From positions 1-58,613 of IMG/VR virus record IMGVR_UViG_3300030102_005973: a stretch of 58,613 nucleotides of DNA. One strand, 5' to 3'. The DNA comes from a virus. Taxonomy: Duplodnaviria > Caudoviricetes. Position 1 is the stretch's first letter. Each line of letters starts with the position of its first letter. The notes beneath the pieces were generated by a model. That model was not told where the DNA came from. It did no database searches and saw nothing but the letters and a program-made list of their open reading frames with translations. Position numbers and translations under genes: made by a program. This document shows positions 39,069 to 47,311 of the stretch, one piece after another.

Positions 39069-40109
39069 TTATGCTGTAAGCGTTCCGCCTGTTTTATAAA
39101 CTAAAATTTTATAACTGCCATCGTCATATACATCAGGAGAACCGGTTGTTAAGCCTGAATAATCTGTTGCTAATATTTTAATAATAACTACTCCAGAACC
39201 ACCGTTTCCTCCCCTTACTGGACTTCCGTTAAATGCAGACCCGCCGCCGCCGCCAGTATTTGCGCTCGCATCGTTAGGACTTGCTGCGGCATCAGTGCCG
39301 CCGCCTAATCCTCCGCTTCCAAATACAGTTCTATTATCTCCGCCACCTCCACCGGCAAAATATAAATTACCTCCAGAAACTTCTCCAACTAAGGAAGAAG
39401 TTGCATCGGCTGTGGATATAATAGTAGTAGTGAGACCTACACCTCCGTTGGCTCCAGATGCGCTACCATTTTGTCCTGCGGCGCCAGCACCACCACCACC
39501 GCCACCACGACCATTACTTGCGGCAGAGGCAGTTCCTCCCGCATTACCTTGACCAGCAGTTCCAGCTCCTCCAGTTTTTGTTCCGCTACCACCAGCTCCA
39601 CCACCACCAGATCCACCGCTTGCGGCAACAACAACATTATTATCTGATGATCCACCGCCGCCGCCGACAGCGGTAATAGTTGTTGACCCGTACACAATAG
39701 TGCTATCTTCTCCGCTGCTAACTACTGGTGGATTTTTTGTTCCACCAGCTGCTCCAGCGCCTACTGTAAAATATAAAACAGTCCCTTTATTTATTGAACT
39801 AATGGTGCTAGTTAAAAAGCCGCCGCCGCCGCCGCCGCCGCCATCTTGATAACCGCCGCCGCCGCCGCCAGCTACTAATAGATATTCAACACTTATAGAA
39901 ACATCTACATTAACAAAGTTCTTCCAGGCGCTACCATCGTAGTGTTGCATTGTGCTAGTCGAACCTCCTGAAGACTCTGCAGTGTCGTTTCTCATCATGC
40001 CTTCAACTGGCGTGCCAGAAAATGCAGTGCCCGTTGGCATTTTTAATCCATTTTCACTGTCTGTTATATTTAAATCTAAGCTTTCCGACTTAACTTTGGT
40101 TAGTGCCAT
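39069..40109 (-). CDS. Glycine-rich fibre-like virion protein
   Basis: EYLLVAGGGGG...NTGGGGG...GGSGVVII domain. Confidence 0.75.
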   Translation of the reverse strand: MALTKVKSESLDLNITDSENGLKMPTGTAFSGTPVEGMMRNDTAESSGGSTSTMQHYDGSAWKNFVNVDVSISVEYLLVAGGGGGGYQDGGGGGGGGFLTSTISSINKGTVLYFTVGAGAAGGTKNPPVVSSGEDSTIVYGSTTITAVGGGGGSSDNNVVVAASGGSGGGGAGGSGTKTGGAGTAGQGNAGGTASAASNGRGGGGGGAGAAGQNGSASGANGGVGLTTTIISTADATSSLVGEVSGGNLYFAGGGGGDNRTVFGSGGLGGGTDAAASPNDASANTGGGGGSAFNGSPVRGGNGGSGVVIIKILATDYSGLTTGSPDVYDDGSYKILVYKTGGTLTA

Positions 40110-40112
40110 AAT

Positions 40113-41072
40113 TTATTTCTCTTTCCAGTTTTTAATATCTTCATCCCAAACTAACATCGGCTCTTTTGGAGGATCATCGGGATAAGGTACAGGTGGAATC
40201 CAATCAACGCCATCATACGTCCAGCTCGGAAAAGGTTGTTCACTAGCTGGTTCTTGCCAATAATAATCCACCCATTCTTGTGTATCTTCTTTCCAATACC
40301 ACGTTCCCTCTTCAGGTCTTGGTGTTGAGGGCTCCCAATTACATGTAGACTCATTAAGGGTCCAACTTGGATAAGGCTGTGGAATATAAAATGCGTCTCT
40401 TACAGGATCATATAAGTATCCCTTACCTGCATAGTTTTTTCGAAAAGGTGTTCCTCCGTATATATGTACACCTTCAACGGTATTGTAAGATGTTCTTTTA
40501 ACGCCTTGAGCCTTTGTTTGTAGCTTATACATATTTTCAATCCAAGATGTGTTGTCATATGTTTCGGTGGGTAGAGCTGCAATTTGCTCAGGGGTAAGAT
40601 CCATTATGTCTCCAACTGGACGCTCTTCTATTGTTTCGTCTATTCCAGTAATAACCCTTTCAACTATGGAAGGCTTGTTTTCTATTTCAGTATTTTTAGC
40701 TGCAATCTGATCATTTACAGTCTCAGTGCCTTCATTCTGCATTGTTTGCATCTGTGCCATTAGGTCATCCTGTTGACTTTTTAAGTTAGCCTTTTCAGCA
40801 TCAATAGCATTTATTATAGGATCTACTTCATCGGCTGTCGGTAAATCTTCCATGTTCAAAGGGTCCTCGGGATAAAGCGATTGAAGCTGTGATTCTAATT
40901 CCTCTAAAGTAGAGCTAGTGTTTTTAGAATTATAGTCGGCTAGTAACGCTTGATATTCTGCGGTATTTATATTAGCCGCAATAATATCTTGTTTAGTTTG
41001 ATATAGAACCTCTAACTCCTGACGCTCATTAACTGTCGTTGTTAAATTTGATATTAATGCGTAATGTCCCAT
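40113..41072 (-). CDS. Fibre-associated protein with coiled-coil insertion
   Basis: RTSYNT..G.H..GGTPFRKNYAG.GY.YD..RDAF and PYPSW motifs, typically found beside Gly-rich fibre genes. Confidence 0.6.
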   Translation of the reverse strand: MGHYALISNLTTTVNERQELEVLYQTKQDIIAANINTAEYQALLADYNSKNTSSTLEELESQLQSLYPEDPLNMEDLPTADEVDPIINAIDAEKANLKSQQDDLMAQMQTMQNEGTETVNDQIAAKNTEIENKPSIVERVITGIDETIEERPVGDIMDLTPEQIAALPTETYDNTSWIENMYKLQTKAQGVKRTSYNTVEGVHIYGGTPFRKNYAGKGYLYDPVRDAFYIPQPYPSWTLNESTCNWEPSTPRPEEGTWYWKEDTQEWVDYYWQEPASEQPFPSWTYDGVDWIPPVPYPDDPPKEPMLVWDEDIKNWKEK

Positions 41073-41073
41073 G

Positions 41074-42153
41074 TTAGCTAAATGTTACTGTTCCAGTTCC
41101 TGTTGTAAAAGTTATAGAAGAGAATGCCCCGTCTACTACGGGCGTTGGAGTGTTCAAAGTTCCTGTAACTGAAAAACTAGACACATCTGCTGTTGTATAC
41201 CGTACAATAACAACTCCTGATCCACCAGCACCGCCATTTCTTGAACCGCCACCCGATGAACGTTTAGCAGCACCACCACCTCCGCCAGTATTAACTGTTC
41301 CAGCTACTCCGGTACCATTACTACCGCTTGGGCATTCACCACCGCCTCCAGATCCTCCAGGCACTGATGATGTTGATCCAAAATATCCTCCGCCGCCTCC
41401 TCCGGCATAAAATACAGCTGATCCTGTTATTGAAACTTCTATACCATCTCCTCCATGCCCTTGGCCGTCAGTGTTACCAGTCTCTCCAGCACCACCTCCG
41501 CCGCCTCCACGTTTATTAGGACTTACTACAGAAGCACCACCAGCATATCCTTGCACTGGATTATTTACCGCTGCTGTGGATGGTCTTGTTGAAGAACTCG
41601 ATCCGGTTCCAGACCCGCCTGCAGATCCACCAGTTTTTCCTTGATCATCACTTGCTGAGCTTTCTGATGTTCCGCCGCCACCACCGCCTGTTGCAATTAT
41701 TGTGTGAAATACAGAATTTTCGCCATTACTACCATAGTTCCTTCCGACTCCACCTGCTCCACCTGCTCCAATAGTGACGGTATATTCTGTTTCCTTATAT
41801 AAATTTAATGCTGGATCTGAACTCGCACCTCCTCCAGAATTACTTCCGGATGATGTTAATAACCCACCTGCACCTCCGCCGCCAGGAGCATCTGAACTAG
41901 TTCCTCCGCCACCACCGCCTCCGGCTACAACTAAAAAGTCAACTTGAAAAGAAGTATTGGTTTGTTTTAGATTTCTCCACTTTGCTGTACCTGTTTCGTT
42001 AGTATATATTTCAGTCTTTTTTGTACTTGTATTTTCACGTAGCTCTCCCAAGGTGCCCGCTGGTCTCTCTGAGGTTGTTCCTTTAACCCAGGTAAGCCCG
42101 CCAGTGTTACCGCTCATGTCTATTACGTCCGTAGAGACCTTGGTTGTTGCCAT
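41074..42153 (-). CDS. Glycine-rich fibre-like virion protein (paralogue of 39069-40109)
   Basis: DFLVVAGGGGG...NTGGGGG...GGSGVVIVRY. Confidence 0.75.
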   Translation of the reverse strand: MATTKVSTDVIDMSGNTGGLTWVKGTTSERPAGTLGELRENTSTKKTEIYTNETGTAKWRNLKQTNTSFQVDFLVVAGGGGGGGTSSDAPGGGGAGGLLTSSGSNSGGGASSDPALNLYKETEYTVTIGAGGAGGVGRNYGSNGENSVFHTIIATGGGGGGTSESSASDDQGKTGGSAGGSGTGSSSSTRPSTAAVNNPVQGYAGGASVVSPNKRGGGGGGAGETGNTDGQGHGGDGIEVSITGSAVFYAGGGGGGYFGSTSSVPGGSGGGGECPSGSNGTGVAGTVNTGGGGGAAKRSSGGGSRNGGAGGSGVVIVRYTTADVSSFSVTGTLNTPTPVVDGAFSSITFTTGTGTVTFS

Positions 42154-42162
42154 CCTTTTAAA

Positions 42163-43557
42163 TTAAGTTGTAGTTACTGCCTCTACTGTAGACCCGTTAG
42201 GGAAATTACCAGACGCTAGGGTTAGTGTTTTTCCTGACAAGGCATTAAAATTTGATTTTGCTTGATATACACCATTTATGTATACATCTATATAATCTTT
42301 GCTTGTTGGATCAGTTGACGATGTAACTGTTATACTATTAGTGCTAGCATTGCTTATGGTAAGAGAGTCTACGGTTTTAGTTACGCCTGCTCCACCTCCG
42401 TATGTAATACTACCGCCCATACCTGAGTGGATAGAACAATAGTAATAAAGTGTAGGAGAATTTTGTGTAATTCTTAACCGCACTCTTCTAGTAGCGTAGC
42501 TATTGAAGTTTGTTGTGTTGGAATAATCTGCTTGTGAAATAGCTGTAAGAGTGTTAGCAGATGTGCTTCCATAATATTGTATTCCTGTAGCGTAAGGCGT
42601 ACTTCCATCTAATACTTCACCAATTTCTAACGGGTGTCCATCGTTAGTTGCTGCATCTTGATTGAACTCATATGTAAAACCAGGTGTTAGATTTATAGAT
42701 GCTTGATAAGCTCCATCTATATACAGTAGATTTCCTGACCCTGGATTTACAACAGTAACAGTCATTTCTGATGTCTGATCCAAAAGTAAATTGTCAGTAT
42801 TGGAAGCAGTAGTAACCACACCACCTCCTACTTGAACACTGTTTACTGTTACTGTAGTGTTTTCTTTAAACGTAGTTACATTACCATCTGCAATAGCCTG
42901 TTGTGTCCCTTGGTCACCTTCAAGCTTCCAATCTGTATATGCACCTGCGGGAGTCGCCCACGCTCCTGTATAATCTAAAAATTGACCAGCTGAGCCTCCG
43001 CTAATACCTAAAGTCAAGGTTCCAGAGCCTGTTATTGGTGAGCCACTTACTGAAAAAGCCGAAAAGGCAGTAGCGTCTAACGCTACAGAAGTCACGGTTC
43101 CTCCTCCACCTCCAGAACCTGTTATGGTGATTGTTCCACTAGATGAGGTTACACCTACAGTACCTGAGCCAATGATATTAACTGTATCAGTTCCTGAGTC
43201 TCCTCCACCTGTTCCTGTCAATACTACAGGTGTATTTTGAGCAGGGTCAGCATTATCTGTTGCTGATAAGGCATATGCAGTGCTTGCTATGGTTATCTCA
43301 TCAGTGCCTGCAGTAAGTGCTATTGCATTACTTGCAGTAAACTGCAAATCTTCAGTAGAGTCTGGTGATCCTGTCTTTGTACCGGTAAGTCTAAGTATTA
43401 CATTATTGCTAGCTTGGCTGGTTTCTAAATTATAGGTTGTATCAAGGTTGGCTGGTGGTATTTGAATATTTAAATCCCCAGTCGCCGTATATCCAACTAA
43501 TCTAGTAACATTTGCTGCTACTGTTTCTTGGGTGAATTGTGAAAATTTTACTGACAT
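42163..43557 (-). CDS. Tail fibre-like protein
   Basis: KFSQF start, GTVTSV repeat, LYYYC..HSGMG motif, VYINGVYQ C-terminal domain. Confidence 0.65.
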   Translation of the reverse strand: MSVKFSQFTQETVAANVTRLVGYTATGDLNIQIPPANLDTTYNLETSQASNNVILRLTGTKTGSPDSTEDLQFTASNAIALTAGTDEITIASTAYALSATDNADPAQNTPVVLTGTGGGDSGTDTVNIIGSGTVGVTSSSGTITITGSGGGGGTVTSVALDATAFSAFSVSGSPITGSGTLTLGISGGSAGQFLDYTGAWATPAGAYTDWKLEGDQGTQQAIADGNVTTFKENTTVTVNSVQVGGGVVTTASNTDNLLLDQTSEMTVTVVNPGSGNLLYIDGAYQASINLTPGFTYEFNQDAATNDGHPLEIGEVLDGSTPYATGIQYYGSTSANTLTAISQADYSNTTNFNSYATRRVRLRITQNSPTLYYYCSIHSGMGGSITYGGGAGVTKTVDSLTISNASTNSITVTSSTDPTSKDYIDVYINGVYQAKSNFNALSGKTLTLASGNFPNGSTVEAVTTT

Positions 43558-43567
43558 TTTATTTCTT

Positions 43568-43708
43568 TTATTCTGTTATTATGTTTTGACTAGTTGCTTC
43601 TGTTACAATTTGATCAGATGCCTCCGTTATAATATTTTGCACACCTCCTGACCCGCTCAATGGAAAAAGGCTACCTATTGAATTTGCTATAGCTATGTAA
43701 CTAATCAT
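43568..43708 (-). CDS. 46-aa protein with three I[IV]TE repeats
   Basis: Hand translation MISYIAIANSIG...QNIITEASDQIVTEATSQNIITE. Confidence 0.55.
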   Translation of the reverse strand: MISYIAIANSIGSLFPLSGSGGVQNIITEASDQIVTEATSQNIITE

Positions 43709-43730
43709 TATATAATAATGCCAATTACAA

Positions 43731-44234
43731 TCACCACAAAGCCATAATGCTAGTTGCAGTTGTAGAAGTATTGAAAACTTTTACAACTTGAACAGGGAAA
43801 AATGTACCTGCTTGTATTCCTACAAAAATTACGTCATCTCCGCCTGCTGTAGTTACACGTATATTTCCTGCACCACCAATATAAAGAACTGCTCCTTCTT
43901 GGGCACCACCATAAATAGCATATGATTTACCTGTGTTTGTAAATATATTATTTTCAACGTTTAATGTGGTTCCGTCAACAACACTTTTAACTGTGGTCTG
44001 AGTACCATCGGTGGTATTTACTATTATCATCCCTGGCTTTATTCCAGCTAGTAAAAAGCTAAGAGTTACCATATTGTCGGGATCTTCACCAGTTCTTGAT
44101 GCGTCAATAAGTTGAGTTGCGCTTCCAGTTGTAGTCGTTCCAGTTGCACCACCCACTCCTATATCTGGAATGTTTGTATTATCACTTGGATATACTGACC
44201 ATGCTTTTCCTGCTTGTAATTTTTGATATGCCAT
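43731..44234 (-). CDS. Putative virion structural/decoration protein
   Basis: LYIG.AGNI.V...GTFFPVQV..V..T.TTA..I.AL motif. Confidence 0.55.
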   Translation of the reverse strand: MAYQKLQAGKAWSVYPSDNTNIPDIGVGGATGTTTTGSATQLIDASRTGEDPDNMVTLSFLLAGIKPGMIIVNTTDGTQTTVKSVVDGTTLNVENNIFTNTGKSYAIYGGAQEGAVLYIGGAGNIRVTTAGGDDVIFVGIQAGTFFPVQVVKVFNTSTTATSIMALW

Positions 44235-44237
44235 TTT

Positions 44238-44393
44238 TTATCTTTTATAAGGAAATACTCGATTTAAAGTGTCGCGTCTTTCATCGCATCCGCAGTCGGT
44301 GTTAGTTGCCTGAGCTACTTTATCAACTACATATTTGATTCCAGTGGCTTTTGTAAATTTTGCGACGCTATCTCCAAGACCTTTTGATTTCAT
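44238..44393 (-). CDS. 51-aa protein with GLGD...CGC..R...LN motif
   Basis: Hand translation MKSKGLGDSVAKFTKATGIK...DCGCDERRDTLNRVFPYKR. Confidence 0.7.
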   Translation of the reverse strand: MKSKGLGDSVAKFTKATGIKYVVDKVAQATNTDCGCDERRDTLNRVFPYKR

Positions 44394-44395
44394 AT

Positions 44396-44602
44396 TTATC
44401 TTTTACATCCAAAATTGTTAGCATAGTTCGCCATGGCAACTACACTCTTTGAATATTTTTTTGTGTTTTTCATAACAGCGGCAGCAGCACCACATGTACT
44501 TTTACCTGGCATATTTCTTTCAGCCCATCTGGTAAACTTACCTTGATTTTTTTCTTTGATCTGTGGAAACGCTCCCGCTTTTGTTCTGCCTCGTGCAGCC
44601 AT
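44396..44602 (-). CDS. Small basic protein
   Basis: ORF track; K/R-rich; coupled to neighbours. Confidence 0.65.
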   Translation of the reverse strand: MAARGRTKAGAFPQIKEKNQGKFTRWAERNMPGKSTCGAAAAVMKNTKKYSKSVVAMANYANNFGCKR

Positions 44603-44829
44603 TACTTTCTAATTAAAGAAGATAAATGTCCTTTAACACTTCCTTTTTCACCATGAGATTCGTATGCCATGGAGTGATCTCCACCATAAGCATGACCATA
44701 TAATTTTTTTGACATAGCTTTGCTTTCATCTCTTCTAGCTTTCATGCTTTGAGATTTTTTTCCGTCCTTCATACCAATAGACTCATCGAGTCTGGCATTG
44801 TATCCTTGAGAATATTTTACTGTAGGCAT
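44602..44829 (-). CDS. Small basic protein (QGYNARLDES motif)
   Basis: ORF track; preceded by a -7 element. Confidence 0.65.
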   Translation of the reverse strand: MPTVKYSQGYNARLDESIGMKDGKKSQSMKARRDESKAMSKKLYGHAYGGDHSMAYESHGEKGSVKGHLSSLIRK

Positions 44830-44857
44830 TTTTAAAAATTTTTAATTAAACATATTA

Positions 44858-44865
44858 CAAATATA
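44858..44865 (-). promoter_or_regulatory. -7 promoter element TATATTTG
   Basis: TAnnTTTG match. Confidence 0.55.
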
Positions 44866-45156
44866 CTAATATTTTCCTTGCCTATTTTTGGGAGAACTTT
44901 TTGTAGATCCTCCTGGACCAGCCCATAATTTTTTACAGGACCAATATCTTGCCGTTAGCTTAGATTTTGCTGTGCCACATTTATGTCTAGCCCTAAATGA
45001 TTTTCTCGCTGCCGAGGAATAATTATGACCATAACCCGTTGCGCCAAAATGAATAAGCTTTTCTTTACCCCCCTCGCAGGCTTTTACCATTTTTTTCTTA
45101 CCTGCCCGGTCGCTTTTCATCACGACATTGCATTTCATTTTAGATTTATCAGCCAT
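44866..45156 (-). CDS. Small basic protein (IHFG...SFRARHKC...ARYWSC family)
   Basis: Motif widespread in marine phage small proteins. Confidence 0.7.
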   Translation of the reverse strand: MADKSKMKCNVVMKSDRAGKKKMVKACEGGKEKLIHFGATGYGHNYSSAARKSFRARHKCGTAKSKLTARYWSCKKLWAGPGGSTKSSPKNRQGKY

Positions 45157-45398
45157 TATGCATTTCTTACTTTTGCCGCTCTAGTATTTGATACAACTGT
45201 TTTGCCTCTGGAACCTTCTCGCTTTTTTTTGCGAGCGGTAGCTGCAAGTTGACGTTTTGATAAACGCCTGGCTTTGGCTAAGGGTAAACATCTGTCAGGG
45301 TTCTTTTTGTCTTTGCTAGTTCCACACGGACCTTTGATAGTTCCGTCTGTGCCTATTCGAACCCATTTTTGTTCTCGCCATTTTTTTAATTCACCCAT
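45156..45398 (-). CDS. Small basic protein (LKKW..QKWV...C.P family)
   Basis: ORF track; K/R-rich. Confidence 0.7.
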   Translation of the reverse strand: MGELKKWREQKWVRIGTDGTIKGPCGTSKDKKNPDRCLPLAKARRLSKRQLAATARKKKREGSRGKTVVSNTRAAKVRNA

Positions 45399-45533
45399 TT
45401 ACTTATTCATTGTTGCACCAGCTATTCTGTCAGCTTGAGTTGGGTTTGGGTTGTTGTCAATGCCAGCTTTCACGCTGAGCATGCCAAAAGAAACTCTTTT
45501 TTTCTTTCGACTTTTTTTATCCATTTTACTCAT
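45399..45533 (-). CDS. 44-aa basic protein
   Basis: Hand translation MSKMDKKSRKKKRVSFGMLSVKAGIDNNPNPTQADRIAGATMNK. Confidence 0.6.
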   Translation of the reverse strand: MSKMDKKSRKKKRVSFGMLSVKAGIDNNPNPTQADRIAGATMNK

Positions 45534-45616
45534 AACAATTTATTTAAGTGCGATCCATCACAAAAGCCATCTGTATTAGATGTATTTCCGCATGCGCACA
45601 TCGGTTTCTTTTTCAT
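45530..45616 (-). CDS. 28-aa CDGSH iron-sulfur motif microprotein
   Basis: MKKKPMCACGNTSNTDGFCDGSHLNKLL; ATGA overlaps at both ends. Confidence 0.7.
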   Translation of the reverse strand: MKKKPMCACGNTSNTDGFCDGSHLNKLL

Positions 45617-45735
45617 TTCTTTTTACTTTTATTCATTGATTTTAGCATTCTGTCTATTTTAACCGCTTGGCCTTTGTGCATAGCAGAAGCCTTCTTTAGT
45701 TGAGAAGCTATTTCTCTTAATTTTTTTGCGTCCAT
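45613..45735 (-). CDS. 40-aa basic helical protein
   Basis: MDAKKLREIASQLKKASAMHKGQAVKIDRMLKSMNKSKKK; coupled at both ends. Confidence 0.65.
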   Translation of the reverse strand: MDAKKLREIASQLKKASAMHKGQAVKIDRMLKSMNKSKKK

Positions 45736-45890
45736 TATCTTTTACTTTTTTTTGCGTAGTTAGGGTCTTTACAATACTTGCTTGCAGCCATATTCGCATA
45801 GGCTGATGGATATGTGTCAAAGGTACGCTTTGCCCAGGCAATTCCTGCTGGGCAAATTTTATTACCTTTTGTGCGTCCTTTCTTAGCCAT
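45735..45890 (-). CDS. 51-aa basic protein (YPSAYAN motif)
   Basis: MAKKGRTKGNKICPAGIAWAKRTFDTYPSAYANMAASKYCKDPNYAKKSKR. Confidence 0.7.
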   Translation of the reverse strand: MAKKGRTKGNKICPAGIAWAKRTFDTYPSAYANMAASKYCKDPNYAKKSKR

Positions 45891-46042
45891 TAGTATCCAG
45901 ACTTTGTTTTTTTCTCCATTCCATAACCCGGATTGTATGAAATTTTTCCTTTCATCATTTTTGAAAATGAATCGGCTTGTGCTTTCCCTACAGCATTGTA
46001 AGGAAATACTCTTGTCATGTTTTTAGTTTTTACTGTCGGCAT
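45890..46042 (-). CDS. 50-aa basic protein (FPY...G motif)
   Basis: MPTVKTKNMTRVFPYNAVGKAQADSF...; TAATG overlap with the next gene. Confidence 0.65.
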   Translation of the reverse strand: MPTVKTKNMTRVFPYNAVGKAQADSFSKMMKGKISYNPGYGMEKKTKSGY

Positions 46043-46053
46043 GATTAAAATAT

Positions 46054-46170
46054 TTAAAGGTTAACAATTTCCCATCGCTCTCCCGTCCAAACTCTTTTTG
46101 TTTTTGGGGGTGATGGTTTTTCTTTTTTAGGTGCAGCTTTTTTTGGTGCTGCTTTTTTAGCTTTAGCCAT
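46054..46170 (-). CDS. 38-aa Lys/Ala/Pro-rich (histone H1-like) microprotein
   Basis: MAKAKKAAPKKAAPKKEKPSPPKTKRVWTGERWEIVNL. Confidence 0.6.
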   Translation of the reverse strand: MAKAKKAAPKKAAPKKEKPSPPKTKRVWTGERWEIVNL

Positions 46171-46203
46171 AATTATTGATTTAAATTAGAATTATATTGT
46201 TTG

Positions 46204-46599
46204 TTACTTTTGTTCTTTCTTTTTGTTTTTCAATTCAAAGTATATGCCAGCAATTGAAAGCTTGTCCACTATTTCTTTCTGCATCTCAATAAGCATCCCT
46301 TCTAGTTCATCTTTCTGACGTATCAGTTGATGTACCTGACCATTCAGCTTTTCATTTGCGCTTTTCAACTCTTGTACTTCATTAGGGTTCCTTCCAATTA
46401 TCGTAAATAGAATTACAGATAAAGATCCTGAGATTACACCTACAATCGAAACAAACAAATCTTTGTTTTCAGTAGGTATTTGATGAAAGGACAAAAAGAA
46501 AAGAAGTCCTATCACCACTATGAATATCCCAAGAGCCCCAACGTAATTTCTAATTTCTTTGGCAATATCTTTTTGCATGGGTATAAATTTTTTCCACAT
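46204..46599 (-). CDS. Two-TM membrane protein with coiled coil
   Basis: Two hydrophobic helices followed by heptads. Confidence 0.6.
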   Translation of the reverse strand: MWKKFIPMQKDIAKEIRNYVGALGIFIVVIGLLFFLSFHQIPTENKDLFVSIVGVISGSLSVILFTIIGRNPNEVQELKSANEKLNGQVHQLIRQKDELEGMLIEMQKEIVDKLSIAGIYFELKNKKKEQK

Positions 46600-46616
46600 T
46601 AATAAATATCTTTATA

Positions 46617-46624
46617 CAAAGTTA
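46617..46624 (-). promoter_or_regulatory. -7 promoter element TAACTTTG
   Basis: TAnnTTTG match in the divergent gap. Confidence 0.55.
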
Positions 46625-46638
46625 TAAAATTAAATCTA

Positions 46639-47088
46639 ATGAATATTTCAAGGCAAAGAGACTTCCTCAAATACTGGAGAGTCATACGATACTTCGTAAT
46701 GAGAAAGTACAATGTAAACACCCAGGAGCTTGACATGCTCCTGTTTTTGTATAGCGAAGAATACTTTAATGTCGACAAGTTCAAAGAGTTCAACTCAGTG
46801 CTAGGGTGGAATAAGAATCGTTTTAACAAACTAAAGAAGGAGGGTTGGATTGAAACAATAAAACCTTACCGGTTCGGTGGCCCAAAGGCTTTGTATGGCC
46901 TTTCATATAAAACACTAAGAATGATTGGATCTATATATGATTTACTAGAAGGGAAACCAATACCAACGTCAAAGTCAAAGAACCCTATCTTTTTGGCCAA
47001 GGCTGGATACTCAGATAAAGTTTACAGAAAACAAATTTTAAAAATGAACGAGGCTATACGACAACGACAATATCCGATTCCCGAATAA
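46639..47088 (+). CDS. Putative winged-helix (MarR-like) DNA-binding protein
   Basis: ELDMLLFL...L.KEGWI...Y.LS pattern; only well-supported + strand gene inside the late arm. Confidence 0.5.
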   Translation: MNISRQRDFLKYWRVIRYFVMRKYNVNTQELDMLLFLYSEEYFNVDKFKEFNSVLGWNKNRFNKLKKEGWIETIKPYRFGGPKALYGLSYKTLRMIGSIYDLLEGKPIPTSKSKNPIFLAKAGYSDKVYRKQILKMNEAIRQRQYPIPE

Positions 47089-47311
47089 TAGTAAATGGTT
47101 CATCATGTATAAGCATAGTATAACCCGCGCGTTTGTCGTAGTATATCTCACTATCTTTCTCGATAGCTACAACTTCAGTACCTATTGCAACGATCCTTCC
47201 CTTCTTATAGCGAAGTTGGTTGGCGTCTTCAGCAGAAAGCAAAAGTCCCGATGAGGTTTTAAGCTCCTCATCAATAGTTTTTATTACTACATATTTACCG
47301 ATTGGTTTCAT
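47054..47311 (-). CDS. groES: Co-chaperonin GroES
   Basis: KPIG..V.I...T.SGLLL...G.IVAIG...II.E.DI; overlaps the groEL stop. Confidence 0.85.
   Translation of the reverse strand: MKPIGKYVVIKTIDEELKTSSGLLLSAEDANQLRYKKGRIVAIGTEVVAIEKDSEIYYDKRAGYTMLIHDEPFTIIRESDIVVVV

Noticed and set aside
39819-39869. (GCC)n runs as a phase-variable repeat
   Set aside because: In-frame codons for the poly-Gly tracts of the Gly-rich domain.
45659-45841. Track ORF 45659-45841 (-)
   Set aside because: Overlaps two better-coupled ORFs (45613-45735 and 45735-45890) in other frames.
3610-46026. Many + strand ORFs antisense to structural genes (e.g. 14374-15000, 33074-33766)
   Set aside because: Shadow frames of well-supported - strand genes, with no motifs of their own.
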